Below are positions 59,771 to 64,000 of a DNA stretch of 64,000 bases, piece by piece. This DNA is from Deltaproteobacteria bacterium (GTDB lineage Bacteria > Myxococcota_A > UBA9160 > UBA6930). Numbering within the stretch: the first letter of the stretch is position 1; each line of letters begins with the position of its first letter. A model generated the notes under the pieces. That model searched no databases, had not been told where the DNA came from, and saw only the letters and a program-made list of their open reading frames with translations. The position numbers were made by a program, and so were the translations under genes. The DNA lies in the NCBI GenBank assembly GCA_016875395.1, contig VGRF01000001.1:95921-159920 (forward strand), given 5' to 3'.

Positions 59771-60486
59771 CTACTTCTGCGTCATGCGCAGGTACATGCG
59801 CACGTCTTCACGCGAGGCGTCGCGCGCGAGCACGGCGTTCCACTCGGCGATGGCTTCAGTGGTACGGCCGAGCGTGAAGTAGGTGAGGCCGAGCTGAACG
59901 CTCGCGTCGGCGTATGCGGGGTTCGCGCGCTGCACGCGGCGCAGCTCGGCGATCGACTGCGCGGCGAGGCCCGCCTCGCGGAGCACCGCGCCGAGGCGGC
60001 AGCGGATGTCGAGGAATGTGGGCGAGCGCTCGAGCGCCTTCTTGTACTCGCCGATCGCGGCGCGCAGGTCACCGCTCTCGCGGTAGGCGTCGCCGAGCGC
60101 GGCGTGCAGATTCGCGAGCTTGCCGCGCGTCGTGCCATCGAGCGCTTCGAGCGCCGGTGCCGAGTGCGACTTCGCGCGCTCGGCGATCTCTCGCGCGCGC
60201 TCGAACTGGCCGCTGCGCTCGTACACGCTGCCGAGCGCGAGCGCGCACTCGGCGTAGGCGGGATTGATCTCGAGGGCGCGCTCGAAGGCGCTCGTCGCTT
60301 CGGGCAGCCGGCCGCCGCGCTCGTGCACGAGGCCGACGAGGTAGTGCCGTCGGCGTAGCCGGGATTCGTCGCGAGCACGCGCTCGAACGTCGCGAGCGCG
60401 CCGTCGGCGTCGCCGGCGTCGAGCAGCGCGCGACCGCGACTCAGCGCAGCGCGCGATTCCGGAAGCATCGCCTGCGTACGCGTCAC
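59771..60486 (-). pseudogene. TPR-repeat protein with an apparent single-nucleotide deletion near 60346
   Basis: The N-terminal frame (..ALATFERVLATNPGYADG) continues in another frame as HYLVGLVHERGGRLPEATSAFERALEINPAYAE.. (track ORFs 59782..60486 and 59771..60583). Multiple TPR units. Confidence 0.7.
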
Positions 60487-60493
60487 GCCCGAG

Positions 60494-60610
60494 CCTCGCT
60501 GCGCGCTTCGCTGCCGCGTTGGCCTTCGCTCGCTGCGCCTCGCTGCGCGCTCCGCTTGCGCCGTTGGCCTCGCTCGATTGCACCGCGCCGCGCGCTCCGC
60601 TTGCCAGTCG
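60494..60610. repeat. Tandem array (about 2.7 x 44-45 bp) of the R2 core motif
   Basis: CCTCGCTGCGCGCTTCGCTGCCGCGTTGGCC (60494), CCTCGCTGCGCGCTCCGCTTGCGCCGTTGGCC (60538) and GCGCGCTCCGCTTGCCAG (60590), all in the bamD-TPR spacer. Confidence 0.75.
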
Positions 60611-61390
60611 TTACTGCGCGCTGGGGATTTGGTCTCGCGCCTGCTCGGCGACGTTGCTGGCGGGGTAGTTGTCGAGGATCACCTCGAACAGCTGCTGCGC
60701 GTCGTCGTCGCGGTTCATGCGGCGGTAGGCGATGCCGAGCTTGTAGAGCGCTTCAGCGTCGAGGCCGAGGCCGGGGAACTCGTCGATCACCGACTGATAC
60801 CGGTTCGCCGCGCTCTGATACTCCTCGCGGTCGAAGTAGAAGTCGCCCACGATCAGCGCCTGCTTCGCGAGCTTGCGGCGCAGCTTCTTCCAGAGCTCCT
60901 CGGCCTCCGCCGTCTCCGGCGCGTTCGGGTAGCGCAGGATCAGCTGATCGAGCGCGGCCACCGCCTCGCGCGTCTGCGTCTGGTCGCGCACCGACTTCTC
61001 AGACTGGCGCTCGTGGCAGAGCGCGGTGCGCAGCATGGTGTACGGCACCTTCTCGTGATCGGGGTGCAGCTGCGCGAAGTCGCGGTAGTAGCCGAGCGCT
61101 TCTTCCCAGCGGCTCTGCGCGAAGTGCGCGTCGGCGATGCGCAGCTCGGCGAGCACGGCGTATTCGCTGTAGGGGTAGTTGTCGATGATGTCCTGGAACT
61201 GGTCGATCGCGTCCTGGTAGTTCGCGAAGTTCACGCCGAGGATCGACCGGTCGTGTTCGAGCATCGCCACGCCTTGCTCGTAGAGCCGATCGGCCGAAGG
61301 CACTTCGCTGATCTCGTCGACGCCACTCGACGCGCAACCTGCGAGCAAAGCGACGAAAGCGAGGGCGGTGAGCAGCGCGGATCGGGACAT
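60611..61390 (-). CDS. bamD: Outer-membrane protein assembly factor BamD (YfiO) lipoprotein
   Basis: Lipobox LLAGC, a TPR-like body, and QDAIDQFQDIIDNYPYSEYAVLAELRIADAHF. Confidence 0.88.
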   Translation of the reverse strand: MSRSALLTALAFVALLAGCASSGVDEISEVPSADRLYEQGVAMLEHDRSILGVNFANYQDAIDQFQDIIDNYPYSEYAVLAELRIADAHFAQSRWEEALGYYRDFAQLHPDHEKVPYTMLRTALCHERQSEKSVRDQTQTREAVAALDQLILRYPNAPETAEAEELWKKLRRKLAKQALIVGDFYFDREEYQSAANRYQSVIDEFPGLGLDAEALYKLGIAYRRMNRDDDAQQLFEVILDNYPASNVAEQARDQIPSAQ

Positions 61391-61585
61391 CGCGATCTCC
61401 TCGGTGGAAGCGCCGCCACCCTACAAGAGCCGGCTACGCGGAGAAAGCGCTAGTTGCGGGGGAGCGGCGAGACCCGGCGGCAAATCAGCCGCGCCGCACA
61501 GCGTCGTCGGCTGTTTTCGCCTTGAATGGCGCCTGGAGCGACCTCGAGCAAGCGCCTAGATTGCGCGCCTTTCCGGAGGACCCCC

Positions 61586-61771
61586 GTGCAAGAGCACGCC
61601 ACGAAGTTTCGCCTCGATCGCCGTCTCGCCGCACGCCGCGGCTGGATCGCGCAGGATCAGCTCGACAAGGAGCTGAACACGCTGCCCGATGTGGGGGACA
61701 AGGGCGAGATCGTCGAGTCGCCGCAGCAGCCGGCGGGGGACGCGGCACCCGCGGAGGGCGGCGGCGAGTAG
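61586..61771 (+). CDS. Hypothetical small protein (61 aa)
   Basis: GTG 61586 follows GGAGGA. Product VQEHATKFRLDRRLAARRGWIAQDQLDKELNTLPDV.. No family recognised. Confidence 0.4.
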   Translation: MQEHATKFRLDRRLAARRGWIAQDQLDKELNTLPDVGDKGEIVESPQQPAGDAAPAEGGGE

Positions 61772-61783
61772 CCGCGCGGGGGC

Positions 61784-62368
61784 GTGCTCAAGTCGCGCTT
61801 CGGCATCGAGCTCGACGCGACGCTCCGCCGCGCGCTGCCGTTCCTGTTTCACCCGCGCGTTCACCCGAACGCGCTCACGCTGCTCGGCGCGGCGATCTCG
61901 CTGCTCGCGGCTGCCGACTTCGCGGCGGGCGAGCTGCGGCGCGGCGCCGCGCTGGCCGCGGTCGGTGGTGTGTTCGATCTCGTCGACGGCGTCGTCGCGC
62001 GCGCACAGGGCAGGGCGACGCGCTTCGGCGCGTTTCTCGATTCCACGCTCGATCGCCTCGTCGACGTCGCGCTGCTGCTCGGCCTCGCCCTTCACTACGC
62101 CGAGAGCGGAGAGCGCGCCTGGGCGTGGGTCGCGGGCGCGGCGACGGCCGGCAGCGTGCTCACGTCGTATGCGAAGGCGCGCGCCGAGCTCTGGCTGCGC
62201 GACTTCTCGGGCGGCTGGCTCGAGCGCGCCGAGCGCATCCTGCTGCTGATCGCGGGCGGCCTGCTCGGGCTGATGAAGCCGGCGCTCGCGATCGTCGCGA
62301 TCGGGAGCGTGGCGACCGCCGTGCAGCGCATCATCATCGCGAAACGAAGACTGGAGGCCGAGCCATGA
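61784..62368 (+). CDS. CDP-alcohol phosphatidyltransferase family protein
   Basis: Signature DLVDGVVARAQGRATRFGAFLDSTLDRLVD (D-x2-DG-x2-AR...G-x3-D-x3-D). Polytopic membrane protein. Confidence 0.85.
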   Translation: MLKSRFGIELDATLRRALPFLFHPRVHPNALTLLGAAISLLAAADFAAGELRRGAALAAVGGVFDLVDGVVARAQGRATRFGAFLDSTLDRLVDVALLLGLALHYAESGERAWAWVAGAATAGSVLTSYAKARAELWLRDFSGGWLERAERILLLIAGGLLGLMKPALAIVAIGSVATAVQRIIIAKRRLEAEP

Positions 62369-62685
62369 GCGACACACGCGGATTCACGGTCGTGGGGAAC
62401 GAGGAGCGCCCGGCGGACGCGCTGCCGAAGCCGGACTTCTCCGGCTTCCTGATCTCGCTCGGCACTTCCGCATTCGTGCACCTCGGCCTGATCGCAGATC
62501 CCGAGAGCGGAGAGAAGCGCGCGCCGAACGTTCCGCTCGCGCGGCAGACGATCGACATGATCGAGCTGCTCGAAGAGAAGACGCGCGGGAACCTGACGGG
62601 CGAGGAGGCGACGCTGCTGCGCAATCTGCTGACGGACCTGCGCATGCGCTTCGTCGAGGTGGCGCGGGGCGCGGCGAAGAAGTGA
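62365..62685 (+). CDS. DUF1844-like small protein
   Basis: PDFSGFLISLGTSAFVHLG..IDMIELLEEKTRGNL..E..LL..LLTDLRMRFVE pattern. The ATG overlaps the upstream stop (ATGA). Confidence 0.6.
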   Translation: MSDTRGFTVVGNEERPADALPKPDFSGFLISLGTSAFVHLGLIADPESGEKRAPNVPLARQTIDMIELLEEKTRGNLTGEEATLLRNLLTDLRMRFVEVARGAAKK

Positions 62686-63635
62686 CGCGCGCCGAGCTGC
62701 GCGCGCCCGCGAAGCTGAATCTCGGGCTGCGCATCACGGGGCGGCGGGCGGACGGGTATCACGAGCTCGAGAGCCTGTTCGTCCCGATCGCGCTCGCAGA
62801 CACGCTGCGCGTCGAGCTGAGCGGCGCTCCCGGCGTCCGGCTTCGCGTTTCGGGGGACGCCGCCGTCGGCGTGCCCGAGGACACGCGCAATCTCGCCTGG
62901 CGGGCGGCCGAGGCGTTCGCGCGCGAGGCGAAGCTCGGAACCGGCGTCTCGCTCGCGCTGGAGAAGCGCGTGCCCTCGCCGGCAGGCCTCGGGGGCGGAT
63001 CCAGCGACGCGGGGGCGGTGCTGCGAGCGCTCTCGCGACTCACGGGCAGCCCGGTTGCGCCCCCTCGGCTGGCGGAGATCGCACTCGCGCTCGGCGCCGA
63101 CGTGCCGTTCTTCCTCGATCCCCGGCCGGCGCTCGTGGAGGGAATCGGCGAGCGCGTCCTGCCCGTCTCCGGCGTCCCCGAGCTGCCGGTGCTCCTCGCG
63201 CATCCCGGGTTCGGGCTCGAAACACGGGCCGTGTATGCCGCTTTCGACGCCCAGAGTTCGTTGACTGCCCAAAACCACCCCCTTACCTTGCGCGCCCTTC
63301 TCGCCCTTGGTGAGGAGGCGGGCGCCGTCGAGGCGCGCTTTCCGAGCGACGACGCCCGGTTGCGCGAGCTGGTCGCAAACGACCTCGAGCCGGCTGCCAC
63401 CCGCCTTCGCCCCGAGGTCGCGAAGCTGCGAGAGGAGCTTTCACGAACCGGCGCGCGCGCGGTCGGAATGTCCGGCAGCGGCCCCACGCTGTACGCGATC
63501 TACGCGAGCGAAGCCGCCGCGCGGATCGCCGAGCCACAAGTCGCCGCAACCGGCGCGCGCACCTGGCTGACGAGAACGCTCACGAGCGGCACCGAACAAC
63601 TCGAACCACGCGAAAGAGACAGAGCCTCCGAGTAA
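62682..63635 (+). CDS. ispE: 4-diphosphocytidyl-2-C-methyl-D-erythritol kinase
   Basis: APAKLNLGLRITGRRADGYHEL, GHMP motif PSPAGLGGGSSDAGAVL, MSGSGPT. Confidence 0.92.
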   Translation: MTRAELRAPAKLNLGLRITGRRADGYHELESLFVPIALADTLRVELSGAPGVRLRVSGDAAVGVPEDTRNLAWRAAEAFAREAKLGTGVSLALEKRVPSPAGLGGGSSDAGAVLRALSRLTGSPVAPPRLAEIALALGADVPFFLDPRPALVEGIGERVLPVSGVPELPVLLAHPGFGLETRAVYAAFDAQSSLTAQNHPLTLRALLALGEEAGAVEARFPSDDARLRELVANDLEPAATRLRPEVAKLREELSRTGARAVGMSGSGPTLYAIYASEAAARIAEPQVAATGARTWLTRTLTSGTEQLEPRERDRASE

Positions 63636-63768
63636 CGATCGACCCCAAAGGCCGTCGCAAACGCAAGCGATCCGAGCGGCGCAGCCGCTCAGATCGCGCG
63701 CAGCGAGCCGGGCAGCTCGCGGTGCCACGTGGCAAGGCCAACGAGGCGAGCGAAGCTCGAAGAAAGCT

Positions 63769-63843
63769 TGGGGCGTCGCCAAATGGTAAGGCAGCGGCCT
63801 TTGGAGCCGCCTATTGCAGGTTCGAGTCCTGCCGCCCCAGCCA
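63769..63843 (+). tRNA. tRNA-Gln (anticodon UUG), CCA encoded
   Basis: Manual cloverleaf: acceptor TGGGGCG/CGCCCCA; 3-bp D stem GCC/GGC with loop AAATGGTAA; anticodon stem GCGGC/GCCGC with loop CTTTGGA; T arm GCAGG-TTCGAGT-CCTGC; discriminator G + CCA. Confidence 0.93.
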
Positions 63844-63903
63844 AGTTTTTTCCGCGAGCTCCCTAATCACTCAGCAATCAGCTTCGAAGACTGGAGAACG
63901 ACC

Positions 63904-64000
63904 GTGGCAGAGAACGCACTCAGCGCCGAATCCCGCGAAGGCACCGGCAAGGGCGTCGCCCGCAAGCTGCGCCAGAAGGGCCAGATTCCGGCGGTGATCT
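63904..64000 (+). CDS. rplY: 50S ribosomal protein L25/Ctc, 3' end cut by the window edge
   Basis: GTG 63904 follows GGAG. Product VAENALSAESREGTGKGVARKLRQKGQIPAVI.. matches the L25 N-terminus. Classic ispE-tRNA-Gln-rplY context. Confidence 0.8.
   Translation, partial: MAENALSAESREGTGKGVARKLRQKGQIPAVI

Noticed and set aside
60494-60610. Tandem repeats as a possible CRISPR array.
   Set aside because: There are only about 2.7 degenerate units with no unique spacers of regular length, and no cas genes. The unit is the dispersed R2 core.

Overview
High-GC (about 70%) chromosomal segment from a bacterium with an outer membrane: LolA, a BamD lipoprotein, Lgt and a beta-barrel porin are all encoded here. 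The lineage cannot be fixed from this window; the gene content looks delta-proteobacterial or Myxococcota-like. I call about 60 CDS, one tRNA-Gln and several repeat and regulatory elements. The main blocks are: (1) 5'-partial class II RNR and sppA. (2) A consolidated phosphate island (phoB-phoR, putative porin, pstSCAB-phoU, convergent ppk1 and ppx) with Pho-box-like 7-4-7 repeats. (3) ETF-QO and ferredoxin, lgt, an orphan histidine kinase, and an ECF sigma/anti-sigma/secreted-protein module. (4) radC, pilZ, ssb, plsC, ftsK-lolA. (5) A complete and compact Pup-proteasome locus, mpa-dop-pup-prcB-prcA-pafA. This is the most notable system because pupylation is essentially an actinobacterial paradigm and this genome is diderm. 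(6) A solitary mreB, mltG-ruvX, pgpA-cinA-thpR-recA, pilT, vapBC, alaS, long-form ispG, bamD, ispE, tRNA-Gln and the start of rplY. Two dispersed non-coding repeat families are not explained by gene calls. One is a palindromic MITE-like element inserted exactly between stop and start codons (phoB|phoR and alaS|ispG). The other is a roughly 100-130 nt 3'-flank element whose hairpin shows compensatory base changes between copies, and its core motif litters operon spacers, including the proteasome operon. Three genes look damaged: two single-nucleotide frameshifts and an N-terminally short ppk1. These could be pseudogenes or assembly errors. All functional calls rest on motif recognition by eye; no database search was run.
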